Positions 17,329-26,141 of a DNA stretch of 26,450 nt are shown one piece after another. Positions within the stretch are counted from its first letter, which is position 1, and each line of letters begins with the position of its first letter. A program made the position numbers and the translations under genes. Origin of the DNA: an uncultured Zetaproteobacteria bacterium. Lineage in GTDB: Bacteria; Pseudomonadota; Zetaproteobacteria; Mariprofundales; Mariprofundaceae. Location: NCBI GenBank assembly GCA_964509005.1, contig CAZDWG010000002.1, positions 1-26,450 of the forward strand, in the 5' to 3' direction. The notes under the pieces were generated by a model. It was not told the DNA's origin. It saw only the letters and a list, made by a program, of their open reading frames with translations, and did not search any database.

Positions 17329-18240
17329 ATGCGAGAAGAATTGCTGAAAATGAAACATACCTCAATTGGTGAAGGCTACCGAACGAAGGCTGCTTCCGCT
17401 GAATTGTTCGAGTTGGCGAAACCCGGCATTGTCGGTTTGACGCTGGTGGCCGCATTGACGGGGGTTTATTTTGGTAATCATGGTGTGATGCCGCACTGGA
17501 ATCTCATCTTCTGGACCTTTCTGACACTGGGGCTGGCAACAGCCGGATCCTGCATGCTTAACAACTATTATGACCGCGACATAGATCAGTTGATGCGCCG
17601 TACCAAATCACGGGTGCTGGCTGCGGGGTTGGTCTCCGAACGGGTCGTACTGTATGTAGGGCTGCTATTGGTGATTCTACCGCTTGCCTTGATGGCTTGG
17701 AGGGTCAATCCGTTAGCTGCTTTGGTTACGGCAGTCGGCGTGATTGGCTACGTTGGTGTTTATACCATGTGGATGAAACGCACAACGCCGTGGGCCAATC
17801 AGTTCGGTGGTATTGCCGGTGCTGTACCTCCAATGGTTGGTTACGCTGCGGTAACGGGCGATCTAGGTGCTCCAGCATGGGTTTTGTTTGCTATTATGGT
17901 GATCTGGCAACAGCCGCATGCCTTGAGTCTGGCATTGAAATATCGTGAGGATTATGCCCGCGCCAATGTGCCGGTCATTCCCGTGGCCTGCGGCGTGCAG
18001 GCGACAAAAGTGCGCATCGCTGTGTATGCGCTTGCCTTGATTCCCGTGGCCATGCTGCCCTATGTGTTCGATATGGCAGGCATCTGGTATCTGGTAATTT
18101 CTGGATTGTTGAGTTCCATGTTCCTGTTCATGGCCGTGCGTTTTCTGCGTTCGGAACGGGATTGCGACATGCGCGTGTTCGCCTTTTCCATCGTGTATCT
18201 GATTCTTTTGTTTGGTGCGATGGTGATTGACTCGATATAA
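17329..18240 (+). CDS. ctaB: Protoheme IX farnesyltransferase (heme O synthase)
   Basis: ELAKPGIV, NNYYDRDIDQLMRRTKSR, YTMWMKRTTPW..GG.AGA.PP, WQQPH..SLA; GGAGG RBS. Confidence 0.95.
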   Translation: MREELLKMKHTSIGEGYRTKAASAELFELAKPGIVGLTLVAALTGVYFGNHGVMPHWNLIFWTFLTLGLATAGSCMLNNYYDRDIDQLMRRTKSRVLAAGLVSERVVLYVGLLLVILPLALMAWRVNPLAALVTAVGVIGYVGVYTMWMKRTTPWANQFGGIAGAVPPMVGYAAVTGDLGAPAWVLFAIMVIWQQPHALSLALKYREDYARANVPVIPVACGVQATKVRIAVYALALIPVAMLPYVFDMAGIWYLVISGLLSSMFLFMAVRFLRSERDCDMRVFAFSIVYLILLFGAMVIDSI

Positions 18241-18366
18241 TCTTCAGATAATAATTTTCGCTGCGGAGGACACAGGGCGTCCGCAGAGTCTGGATACGAT
18301 TCTCTCTGTATTTACTTTACCTTATTTCCATGCCCGTGAGACAGGAAATTTAATGATAGAGGTTAT

Positions 18367-18912
18367 ATGAAACGTATCGCGTTCTGCCTGTCCGTTTGCG
18401 TCACCATCTTTTTGTTTGTCGGCTTGGCATGTGCCGAAGCAGGTGTGAAACAGGGATCCGATCAGCAAATTTATAAACGGGCCATGAACCTTGCCAGGAA
18501 GAAAAACACTGCGGATGCGGCCATGTTGTTTCGGCAGGTCGGCGAGAAAGGGAACAGGCGAGCCCAATATCAACTGGGTCTGTTGTATGCGCGTGGCGAC
18601 GGTGTGCAAAAAAATCTGGTAAAGGCGAGAGCATGGCTACGCAAGGCTGCGATGCAGGGTCATCCCAAGGCACAATTTTATCTTGGTCAGATGTATGTGT
18701 TTGGTGACGGGGGCAAGAAGGATAATGTGAAGGCGACCACATGGTTCTGGCTTGCCAAGACGCTCGGCGATCGTTTTGCCGGGGATAGCCTGAAGGTCAT
18801 GATCGGCAAGGATTCTCCGCGTGAGCTGGCCGAAGCGAAAGAGCGGGCTAAAGTCTTATGGCGGAAAATACCGCACGATATGAAAATTAAACGCAGCCCG
18901 GCGATGCATTGA
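18367..18912 (+). CDS. Secreted Sel1-like repeat protein
   Basis: Signal peptide; two Sel1 repeats (AQYQLGLLYARGDGVQKNLVKARAWLRKAAMQG; AQFYLGQMYVFGDGGKKD..KATTWF). Confidence 0.88.
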   Translation: MKRIAFCLSVCVTIFLFVGLACAEAGVKQGSDQQIYKRAMNLARKKNTADAAMLFRQVGEKGNRRAQYQLGLLYARGDGVQKNLVKARAWLRKAAMQGHPKAQFYLGQMYVFGDGGKKDNVKATTWFWLAKTLGDRFAGDSLKVMIGKDSPRELAEAKERAKVLWRKIPHDMKIKRSPAMH

Positions 18913-18942
18913 TAATGGCGTTAGCCGAAAGAAGGATAAAAC

Positions 18943-19065
18943 ATGAATAATCAACTTATGGAAGAGAAGCGAAGAGAGCGCAAAAAGGTTATCGGAGGCC
19001 TGGTGCTCAGTCTCATTGTCTTTGCATGGTTTCTGTATTACTTGCTTGCCCATATCCCGGGCTGA
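18943..19065 (+). CDS. 40-aa single-pass membrane peptide, CoxF-like small oxidase assembly protein
   Basis: Own translation MNNQLMEEKRRERKKVIGGLVLSLIVFAWFLYYLLAHIPG; AAGGA RBS; basic stretch then one TM helix; fills the gap exactly and converges on the next gene. Confidence 0.6.
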   Translation: MNNQLMEEKRRERKKVIGGLVLSLIVFAWFLYYLLAHIPG

Positions 19066-19075
19066 TTCGCAGCAT

Positions 19076-19633
19076 TCAGGCGCTTTTGCGAATACCCAGT
19101 TGATACTCCGTGGCACCATCCGGATGATAGATTTCCAGAGCCGGCAGCACCAGTGTGTAATGATGCGTTTTTGCCCATTTTTTCATGGCCTGATAGGCTT
19201 TGTATGAGCCGAGCAGCCTCCCTCCGGAGAATGTCGCGGTGATAACTTCTCGTCCTGGAAATGTTTCTTCGCTAAGTGTCGCGGGCACAACATCACTATA
19301 TTTAAGCAAATATCCGACCTTGGCCCGGCGCTGACTTTCAGGCGTTTTGCCGATATCGTCGAGAAACAGGGCGCAGGGTGTCTTTGTTTTGATGCCAGCT
19401 TTTTTCAGATACTCCTCAGCCTTTCTAATGGAAGGTTCGATGGTGTTATAGGCGCCGGTATGAAACAAATAGGCGATACGGTAGGAAGGAACAGAAGCCT
19501 GAACAACCGTAACTTTGGAAAACATTCCCAGATAATACAGAACCCCGGTACCGCCAAAGACCGTCGTGAGCAATCCGACAAGGATGATGCCGATAAGTTT
19601 ATTGGATAGACGTTGTGATTGTTCCGGTGGCAT
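19076..19633 (-). CDS. Membrane-anchored GyrI-like small-molecule-binding domain protein
   Basis: N-terminal TM; AYLFHTGAYNTI; VITATF.G; KAYQAMKKWAKTHHY...ALEIY pattern. Confidence 0.7.
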   Translation of the reverse strand: MPPEQSQRLSNKLIGIILVGLLTTVFGGTGVLYYLGMFSKVTVVQASVPSYRIAYLFHTGAYNTIEPSIRKAEEYLKKAGIKTKTPCALFLDDIGKTPESQRRAKVGYLLKYSDVVPATLSEETFPGREVITATFSGGRLLGSYKAYQAMKKWAKTHHYTLVLPALEIYHPDGATEYQLGIRKSA

Positions 19634-19719
19634 AAAAGGTTCCTGTTCAGTTTAGTCTTGGCAGTATATCATATTCGCCATGATATTTCACTCGGTCGTG
19701 CGGGTAAAGGACATATCGG

Positions 19720-20301
19720 ATGGTACATGAAATTCCGCCACGTAGATCACAGTCGAGGTTATTGATGGATATAAGTCAAGTACCGAAAAAGAAGCGGGTG
19801 AACGTAGGTCTTTTCCTCCTGGTCGCAGCAGTGGCAACACTGGTGGTCGGGTCGTTTGCCCTGAAAGTAATCACCAGTAGGCCGAATATAAAAGTGACCA
19901 CACGGGAAATCACCCGTGCAGAACGGGCTGGATTCAAGAAAAAGGTCGATCAGATGGTGGCGCGTTATACGGTCCGCATGGAAGGGGGCATGCCCATTGT
20001 CCATCCACCGGGAGGTTCCGATATTTATTTATTGGCGCGTAATTATGATTGGGGAAAGTATATCCTTGAACTGGAAAAAGGGAAACCATACCGTCTGCAT
20101 CTGGCAAGTCTGGATATGCGCCATGCTATTGTAGTGCATGAACTGAAACTGATGAACCGCATTAAACCCGATGAGTTCAAGGTGATTGAATTTACGCCCG
20201 AAAAGGTGGGACGTTTCAAACTAATCTGTGGCGAATGGTGTGGTCCGGGGCACGCCAGCATGGTGGGCACGATTATTGTCGTCGGGTCTGCCGTCAAATA
20301 A
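19720..20301 (+). CDS. Second CuA-containing subunit II, single TM (B-family/NOR-associated type)
   Basis: One TM helix; YRLHLASLDMRH; CGEWCGPGHASM complete CuA ligand set. Confidence 0.85.
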   Translation: MVHEIPPRRSQSRLLMDISQVPKKKRVNVGLFLLVAAVATLVVGSFALKVITSRPNIKVTTREITRAERAGFKKKVDQMVARYTVRMEGGMPIVHPPGGSDIYLLARNYDWGKYILELEKGKPYRLHLASLDMRHAIVVHELKLMNRIKPDEFKVIEFTPEKVGRFKLICGEWCGPGHASMVGTIIVVGSAVK

Positions 20302-20303
20302 GC

Positions 20304-20897
20304 TTAATTCTGGGGGTCTCTTCCCAGCCTGAACATTTCCCTCAATGTCTCATGACCTTTGAACTTGTGCATCAGGGCCATTCCGGCATGCCCGGCCACG
20401 AAGATCCACATCATCGTGGCCATGATGCTATGGCATTCCCAAATAATCTTGACATCGGGGGGAATTTCCCCATGGGGTCCGACGCCGAGGAATAACATAG
20501 ACCCGGTGAATCCCAGGAGGAGCGCAAGGGTGATGCCTGTTCCATGAATTGCGCCGGAAATAAAATGACTTTCCCCGGGGGAAGGGAGTTTGCCATGCAG
20601 CCAGCCCGGGATATCCCGGCGCATTTCCAGCCAGAGCTTATGACGTCCTGACGCATTCATCCACGGAAACAACCGTTCCCGGCCAGCGGCTTCATCCAGG
20701 ACTACGATTAAATAAACACAAACAAGGATTAAAGAGATTAAACCGATACCTTCATGAATACCGATAAAAAGTGTTTCAATAACATCTCTGGCATGGTCGG
20801 GCTGCGGAAAGCCCACTAGTTTTTCACCAAACAGTTGCAACAGTATGGATAGTACGATGCCAAAGTGCAGGACGCGGGTGGTGCGATCATATTTCAT
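20304..20897 (-). CDS. Cytochrome b561 / CybB-like diheme cytochrome b
   Basis: Start reassigned to ATG 20897 (MKYDRTTRVLHFG); four TM helices with His in RVLH, GIHE, ECHS, AGHAGMALMH. Confidence 0.82.
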   Translation of the reverse strand: MKYDRTTRVLHFGIVLSILLQLFGEKLVGFPQPDHARDVIETLFIGIHEGIGLISLILVCVYLIVVLDEAAGRERLFPWMNASGRHKLWLEMRRDIPGWLHGKLPSPGESHFISGAIHGTGITLALLLGFTGSMLFLGVGPHGEIPPDVKIIWECHSIMATMMWIFVAGHAGMALMHKFKGHETLREMFRLGRDPQN

Positions 20898-21038
20898 GGA
20901 CTGAATAGTGGCATAAATAGGTATCGCGGGAAACCGAAAGGCTGACCTGTGTGGATGACACGTACGATAAATCTGCTGCATCGGGGAAAAGCCGGTGCTA
21001 GGGTTCGCCGCGCAATTCACGTATAAAGGATACATCTT

Positions 21039-22427
21039 ATGACAACAAAATATTCACTTCCGCTTGACGATGAGCCACAGACCAGGCTTGCAGCCGCCTG
21101 GTTATGCGTTGCGGTGGGTTTCCTGCTGGCTTCCGGTATTTATCCGCTTTTATTAGCATTGGCGCGTACTACTTATGCCATGCCATGGGATGATTTTTTC
21201 TATACTGCCCTGGTGCTGCACGTCGATTTCACCGTATTGTGGTGGTTGCTTGCCATCGCAGGGGTCTTCTGGAGCCTGAATTCAACCGACCGCGCGGCGC
21301 CATCCGGGTGGATTGCGCTGACGTTGGTCGTGGTCGGCGGGGTCCTGACCGCTATTTCACCACTCACCAATGCCGCCAACCCGTTGACCAATAATTACGT
21401 GCCTATACTGGAGAACCATTATTTTATTAAGGGTATGATCGTATTTGGTGGCGGTATTTTACTGTTAGTACTGGGCACGCTCTACGCCGCTCCGATGCGA
21501 GCCATATTCACGCCGAATCGTGAAGGAGCAATGCGCTTCGGCATCTGGACTGCCGCGATTGCCACGTTGATTGCCATACTGGCCCTGATTTGGGCTCTGA
21601 TTCACATGCCTTCAGGGTTGGAGCACCGGGCTTATTATGAACCCCTGTTCTGGGCTAGCGGTCATGTGATTCAGTTCGCGCATACGGCGTTGCTGTGTGT
21701 CTGCTGGTTGTGGCTTGCAAGCGCCTGCGGCACTGGGATTTCCATCAGGCCCAGCCTGGTGATGGCCGTGTTCGCCATCAGTGTCATCCCGCTGCTATTT
21801 GTCTTCATGCCCTTTGCGCAATATGGCGTGAATACACCAGGTTTTACGCTGTGGTTTGTAAAGCTGATGCGCGACGGCAACGGTATTGCACCGCTGGTCA
21901 TCGGTCTGGCGGTTATGTGGGGCCTCGTCAGGAGCGGGGCACCGACGAAGGATCAGCGACACCTGTATCTGGCATTGTTGTTCTCGATGGTTCTGTTTGC
22001 CACGGGTGGTATTCTGGGGCTGTATATTAGCACAAGCAGTACGCTGATCACGGCCCATTATCACGGTGTGATTGTCTCGGTGACCATGGCTTTTATGGCC
22101 ATGACCTATTTCTGGTTGCCACGATTCGGGTTTACCACGCCCAATCTGAAATGGGCCAGGATTCAGGTCTGTGTCTATGCTTCGGGGCAGATGATCCACA
22201 TCATCGGCCTGGCCTGGGGCGGGGGGTATGGCATGAAACGCAAGGTGGTTGGTACCGCTCAGGATATTGGCGTCCACACGTGGGTTACGCCGCAGGATCT
22301 GGTCGGTTTTGGCGGCGTAATCGCCGTGCTCGGCGGAATTTTATTCGCAATCGTAGTGTTGCCCGTCATGTTTAAGGGGCGCAACAGAAAGGGAAACGAT
22401 GAAAAGCATTGCGAGGGGGAGTTATGA
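21039..22427 (+). CDS. Heme-copper oxidase subunit I-fold protein lacking the CuB His-His pair and cross-link Tyr
   Basis: R43 after TM1, VLH61VD, YEPLFWASGH209VIQF, TAH340YH342G, GMKRKV; no HH in the helix VII region. Confidence 0.75.
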   Translation: MTTKYSLPLDDEPQTRLAAAWLCVAVGFLLASGIYPLLLALARTTYAMPWDDFFYTALVLHVDFTVLWWLLAIAGVFWSLNSTDRAAPSGWIALTLVVVGGVLTAISPLTNAANPLTNNYVPILENHYFIKGMIVFGGGILLLVLGTLYAAPMRAIFTPNREGAMRFGIWTAAIATLIAILALIWALIHMPSGLEHRAYYEPLFWASGHVIQFAHTALLCVCWLWLASACGTGISIRPSLVMAVFAISVIPLLFVFMPFAQYGVNTPGFTLWFVKLMRDGNGIAPLVIGLAVMWGLVRSGAPTKDQRHLYLALLFSMVLFATGGILGLYISTSSTLITAHYHGVIVSVTMAFMAMTYFWLPRFGFTTPNLKWARIQVCVYASGQMIHIIGLAWGGGYGMKRKVVGTAQDIGVHTWVTPQDLVGFGGVIAVLGGILFAIVVLPVMFKGRNRKGNDEKHCEGEL

Positions 22428-23458
22428 ACAGTATTGAAACCCGTAATGACAGGCAAATCGCCATTTGGTTGCTATGCGTCTGCGCCGCGATTTTTGTGAT
22501 GCTGGTGGTGGGCGGTGCGACCCGGCTAACGCACTCGGGACTTTCAATGGTGCAATGGAACCCCTTGATGGGCTGGATTCCGCCACTTTCCGAATCTCAA
22601 TGGATGAACTCATTCGGGCATTACCAACAGACACCGGAGTTCTATAAATTGAATCCGAATATGAACCTGGCGGGCTATAAGGGAATTTTTCTGCTGGAAT
22701 ACATCCACCGCGTGTGGGGGCGTTTGATCGGGTTTATTTTCCTGCTCCCCTTTCTTTATTTTCTGGTGGTTGGAAAGGTCAGACGAGAATTGCGTCCCAG
22801 ACTGATCATCATGTTTGTCCTTGGCGGTTTACAGGGGTTGCTCGGTTGGTACATGGTCAAAAGTGGTCTGGTGGATAACCCGCATGTCAGCCAGTACCGG
22901 CTTACGGCTCACCTGACAATGGCTTTCATCATTTATGGCTTTATTTTCTGGGTAGCTATGGGGCTCCTGCTCCCACGCACGGATGTCGCACTGGAAGATG
23001 TCACACCCTTACGACGCCTTGCGCTGGCGCTCACGGGCTTGATTGCCGTAACCGTGATGGCCGGTGGTTTTGTGGCGGGCTTGAGGGCGGGCTTCGCCTA
23101 TAACACGTTTCCGTTGATGAACGGTCATTTCATCCCTGAAGGTTATGCCATGCTCAGACCCTTCTATCTCAACTTCTTTGGGAATATTGCCGCAGTTCAA
23201 TTCGATCACCGCCTGCTGGCTGAAACAACGGTGTCATGCGTTGCCGTGCTGTGGTGGTATGCCCGGCGCTTTGATCTCTCAAAGCGGGCCAGTCTGGCCT
23301 TCAACCTGCTGCTTACAGCGGTACTGATCCAGTTTTTACTGGGGGTATCCACGCTACTTCTGGTCGTTCCTGTCTGGTTGGGTGTGACACACCAGGCGGG
23401 TGCCATGCTTCTCTTCACAGCTACGTTATTTACCAATTACACACTGCGCCGGAGTTGA
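22424..23458 (+). CDS. ctaA: Heme A synthase, type 2 (Cox15-like)
   Basis: GGATRLTHSGLSM..W.P, EYIHR..GR, LQGLLGWYMVKSGL, RLTAHL, FDHR, THQAGA. ATG 22424 forms an ATGA overlap with the upstream stop. Confidence 0.95.
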   Translation: MNSIETRNDRQIAIWLLCVCAAIFVMLVVGGATRLTHSGLSMVQWNPLMGWIPPLSESQWMNSFGHYQQTPEFYKLNPNMNLAGYKGIFLLEYIHRVWGRLIGFIFLLPFLYFLVVGKVRRELRPRLIIMFVLGGLQGLLGWYMVKSGLVDNPHVSQYRLTAHLTMAFIIYGFIFWVAMGLLLPRTDVALEDVTPLRRLALALTGLIAVTVMAGGFVAGLRAGFAYNTFPLMNGHFIPEGYAMLRPFYLNFFGNIAAVQFDHRLLAETTVSCVAVLWWYARRFDLSKRASLAFNLLLTAVLIQFLLGVSTLLLVVPVWLGVTHQAGAMLLFTATLFTNYTLRRS

Positions 23459-23462
23459 TGAC

Positions 23463-24809
23463 ATGAAAAACGGCGGATTACGAAGCGTGGCCCTTCTGGC
23501 AGGTATGTATTCACTGCGTATGCTTGGCTTGTTCATGATTTTACCTGTATTTGTACTGTATGCCGAACATTTCCACGATAGTACGCCCATGCTTACAGGG
23601 CTGGCCCTGGGCGCCTATGGCTTGACCATGGCGCTGTTTCAGATCCCGTTCGGCATGCTGTCGGATCGCTTTGGGCGGAAACCTGTGATCGCCGCAGGAT
23701 TGCTTATTTTTGCGCTGGGCGGGGTGGTTGCAGCCCTGTCGAATTCCATCATGGGCGTGATTATCGGGAGGCTGTTGCAGGGTTCCGGCGCCATCGCCGC
23801 AGCTGTGATGGCCTTGATTGCCGATTTGACCGATGAAACCCAGCGCACAAAAGCCATGGCTGTTTTCGGCATGGGTATCGGTGCTTCCTTTACTCTGGCC
23901 CTTATTCTCGGACCCATCATCAGCGTCCACATTGGGGTCGCCGGTCTGTTCTGGCTTGCCGCTTCATTTGGCGTGATCGGCATCGCCATACTCTATCTTT
24001 TTGTGCCGGATCCGGGGCAAAGCCATATGCACCGCGACGTTGAAGCTGAACCGGTACAGTTGAAAAAAATGTTATCTAACCTACAGTTGTTACGCTTGGA
24101 TTCAGGTATCTTTTTTCTCCACATGATGATGACCGCCACGTTTATTTCCCTGCCATTCGCTCTGCGCAATGTAGGCCTGCCAACACAGGAGCAAGTCTGG
24201 TTTTATCTTCCCGTTCTGCTGGTTTCCGTGGTCGGTATGGTTCCCTTGATTATCGTGGCCGAGAAATACCGGAAGATGAAGCAGGTATTTACAGCGTGCA
24301 TTGCTGCTCTGGTCGTAGCTGAAGGGGTGCTGGCGTTGGCGCACCATTCCATGGTCGGCCTGGTGGCGGGTACATTCATCTACTTCGTGGCATTCAACAC
24401 GCTGGAAGCCAGCCTTCCATCTCTGGTGTCGCGTATGGCACCGGCGGCGGGGAAAGGAACGGCCATGGGGATCTATTCCACGTCCCAGTTCTTCGGCGTG
24501 TTCTGCGGGGGGATTACGGGTGGCGTGATGTACGGATCTTTTGGTGTTGGCGGCGTGTTTCTGGGGGGCACGGGGATTGCTCTGGTCTGGCTGCTCACAT
24601 GTCGCGGTATGCATTTTCCTATGCATCTGACGAGGCAGGTGGTTCCTGTCGGCAGTCTGGATCAGGAGGAAGCCAATGCGCTTGCAGAAAAAATACACCA
24701 GATCAGTGGCGTAGAGGAAGTCACCGTGGTTCCTGAAGAAGGGGAAATTTATCTGAAAGTGGACAAAAGCCGATATCAACCGGATGCGATAGCTGACTTG
24801 CTCAAGTGA
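23463..24809 (+). CDS. YajR-like MFS transporter with C-terminal soluble domain
   Basis: SLRMLGLFMILPVF, QIPFGMLSDRFGRKP, EASLPSLVSR, GTAMGIYSTSQF.G.F.GG; C-terminal ISGVEEV.VVPEEGEIYLKVD domain. Start taken at ATG 23463. Confidence 0.85.
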   Translation: MKNGGLRSVALLAGMYSLRMLGLFMILPVFVLYAEHFHDSTPMLTGLALGAYGLTMALFQIPFGMLSDRFGRKPVIAAGLLIFALGGVVAALSNSIMGVIIGRLLQGSGAIAAAVMALIADLTDETQRTKAMAVFGMGIGASFTLALILGPIISVHIGVAGLFWLAASFGVIGIAILYLFVPDPGQSHMHRDVEAEPVQLKKMLSNLQLLRLDSGIFFLHMMMTATFISLPFALRNVGLPTQEQVWFYLPVLLVSVVGMVPLIIVAEKYRKMKQVFTACIAALVVAEGVLALAHHSMVGLVAGTFIYFVAFNTLEASLPSLVSRMAPAAGKGTAMGIYSTSQFFGVFCGGITGGVMYGSFGVGGVFLGGTGIALVWLLTCRGMHFPMHLTRQVVPVGSLDQEEANALAEKIHQISGVEEVTVVPEEGEIYLKVDKSRYQPDAIADLLK

Positions 24810-24947
24810 GCCGGATGGTAAGTGAAACAGGGAACTGTGATGCCGACGTATGGGCTCCTTTCTGTCTTGGCTTTCACCATTTTCTCTTGCTGCCACGTTC
24901 TGTGGTCGGGCTATGAAAAACGCAGGTCGTAGATATTGATATCCGGT

Positions 24948-25550
24948 TTATCGGGCTGAGGCCCAGCGCAGCCAGTGGCGAATTGCACCTGCGATGTCTT
25001 TTGGTTTGCTGCTGTGAGCCATCAGTTTACCTATACTGCCATCCGGTTGGACAATGATGATGAATGACGCATGGCTGACAACATAGTTGCCTTTTTTATC
25101 CACAGGTTCCTTTTTGTAGCCGGATAAAAAAGATTTTGCGGCAGCTTTGATTTCTTTCGCACTCCCGCTTAATCCCAGAATATGGGAATCGAAATGGTGA
25201 ACGTATTTTGCCATCACCTCAGGGCTGTCGCGGGCCGGGTCCGTGGTAATAAACACAGGGAAAACCTTGGCTAGTTCATCCGGGTTCAGCAATTTGAGGG
25301 CGCTTCCCATCCTTAATAATGTGCCAGGGCAGACATCGGGGCAGTGGGTATAGCCAAAGTAGATGACACCAACCTTACCCAGCATATCTTTGGAGGTAAC
25401 CGAGCCATCAACACTGTGCAAGGAAAATTTCCCGTGGATATAGGGGTAAGGACTGGCTGGCATTTTGTTCAGATTGTAGACGCCGAAACCAATAAACAAC
25501 GCAGCCAGTCCGAGAAGGATAAAAGGAAAAATATTATGCTTGATATTCAT
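24948..25550 (-). CDS. SCO1/SenC-family copper chaperone (canonical type)
   Basis: N-terminal TM; YFGYTHCPDVCP; FITTDPARD; YVVSHAS His ligand. Confidence 0.93.
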   Translation of the reverse strand: MNIKHNIFPFILLGLAALFIGFGVYNLNKMPASPYPYIHGKFSLHSVDGSVTSKDMLGKVGVIYFGYTHCPDVCPGTLLRMGSALKLLNPDELAKVFPVFITTDPARDSPEVMAKYVHHFDSHILGLSGSAKEIKAAAKSFLSGYKKEPVDKKGNYVVSHASFIIIVQPDGSIGKLMAHSSKPKDIAGAIRHWLRWASAR

Positions 25551-25614
25551 GAATAGGCCGACTCCGCTGATGGTTTGATATGCGAGTTTCCGACAAAAAT
25601 TATACTGGTCATGA

Positions 25615-26022
25615 TCATTTAAACTGTTTCAAATATTGGATGATTGCGGCGCGGTCTTTTGCGGATTTAATGCCCGGCATGGCCATCATCGTTCTGGGTT
25701 TGATTGCCGACGGGTTTTGTATCCACAGGTCCAGTGTTTTTTCGTCCCATTTTGAAAAGGGTACGCCTGATATGGTGGGCGTACGGCCAACGATGCCTTT
25801 CAGAGTGGGGCCTACTTTGGTGATATTTCTGTCTAGAAAATGACATGGGCTACAATTTTTTCGTGTCAGTTTAGCACCGGGAAGAGATTCTCTTTTAAAG
25901 TCATGAATGGCTGCATTAAAGGCTGTATTAATATCGCTTGATGATTGTCCTTTCTCGCTTTGGCTGCATGCGATCACGCTAGCCGCCAGTATGATCGTCA
26001 GCATTCTAAGTAAATGACACAT
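25615..26022 (-). CDS. Lipoprotein-anchored class I cytochrome c
   Basis: Start ATG 26022 with GGAAGGA RBS; VIAC lipobox; CSPCH; KVGPTLKGIVGR; TMMAMPG Met ligand. Confidence 0.85.
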   Translation of the reverse strand: MCHLLRMLTIILAASVIACSQSEKGQSSSDINTAFNAAIHDFKRESLPGAKLTRKNCSPCHFLDRNITKVGPTLKGIVGRTPTISGVPFSKWDEKTLDLWIQNPSAIKPRTMMAMPGIKSAKDRAAIIQYLKQFK

Positions 26023-26141
26023 AATGTTCCTTCCCAGTGATAACGCTTGTGACGGGCGATACCATATTCGATGTACTTTCTTTCGCCCAAGATTTGTACC
26101 CCCGATTGTAACATCATAGATTCGGTTAATGAAACACATAT

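Noticed and set aside
18261-18286. Hairpin CTGCGGA-N12-TCCGCAG after ctaB
   Set aside because: No U-tract on the sense strand; too weak to call a terminator.
20898-21035. N-terminal extension of the cytochrome b561 ORF in the track
   Set aside because: No family resemblance; the b561 domain begins at ATG 20897 and this interval is better read as a divergent promoter region.
21039-22427. Calling this protein a cbb3 (CcoN) or functional NOR catalytic subunit
   Set aside because: It lacks the His-His metal ligands needed by all catalytic HCO/NOR subunits, and no ccoO/ccoP or norC lies nearby.
24840-24932. 30-aa hydrophobic ORF MPTYGLLSVLAFTIFSCCHVLWSGYEKRRS after the MFS gene
   Set aside because: Weak RBS and no recognisable family; cannot be distinguished from chance.
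25540-25553. TTGAT-ATTC-ATGAA FNR-like match
   Set aside because: It overlaps the SCO start codon in AT-rich sequence, the wrong position for an activating site; probably chance.
26023-26139. N-terminal extension of the cytochrome c ORF in the track
   Set aside because: It would bury the signal peptide and lipobox; a good RBS precedes ATG 26022.
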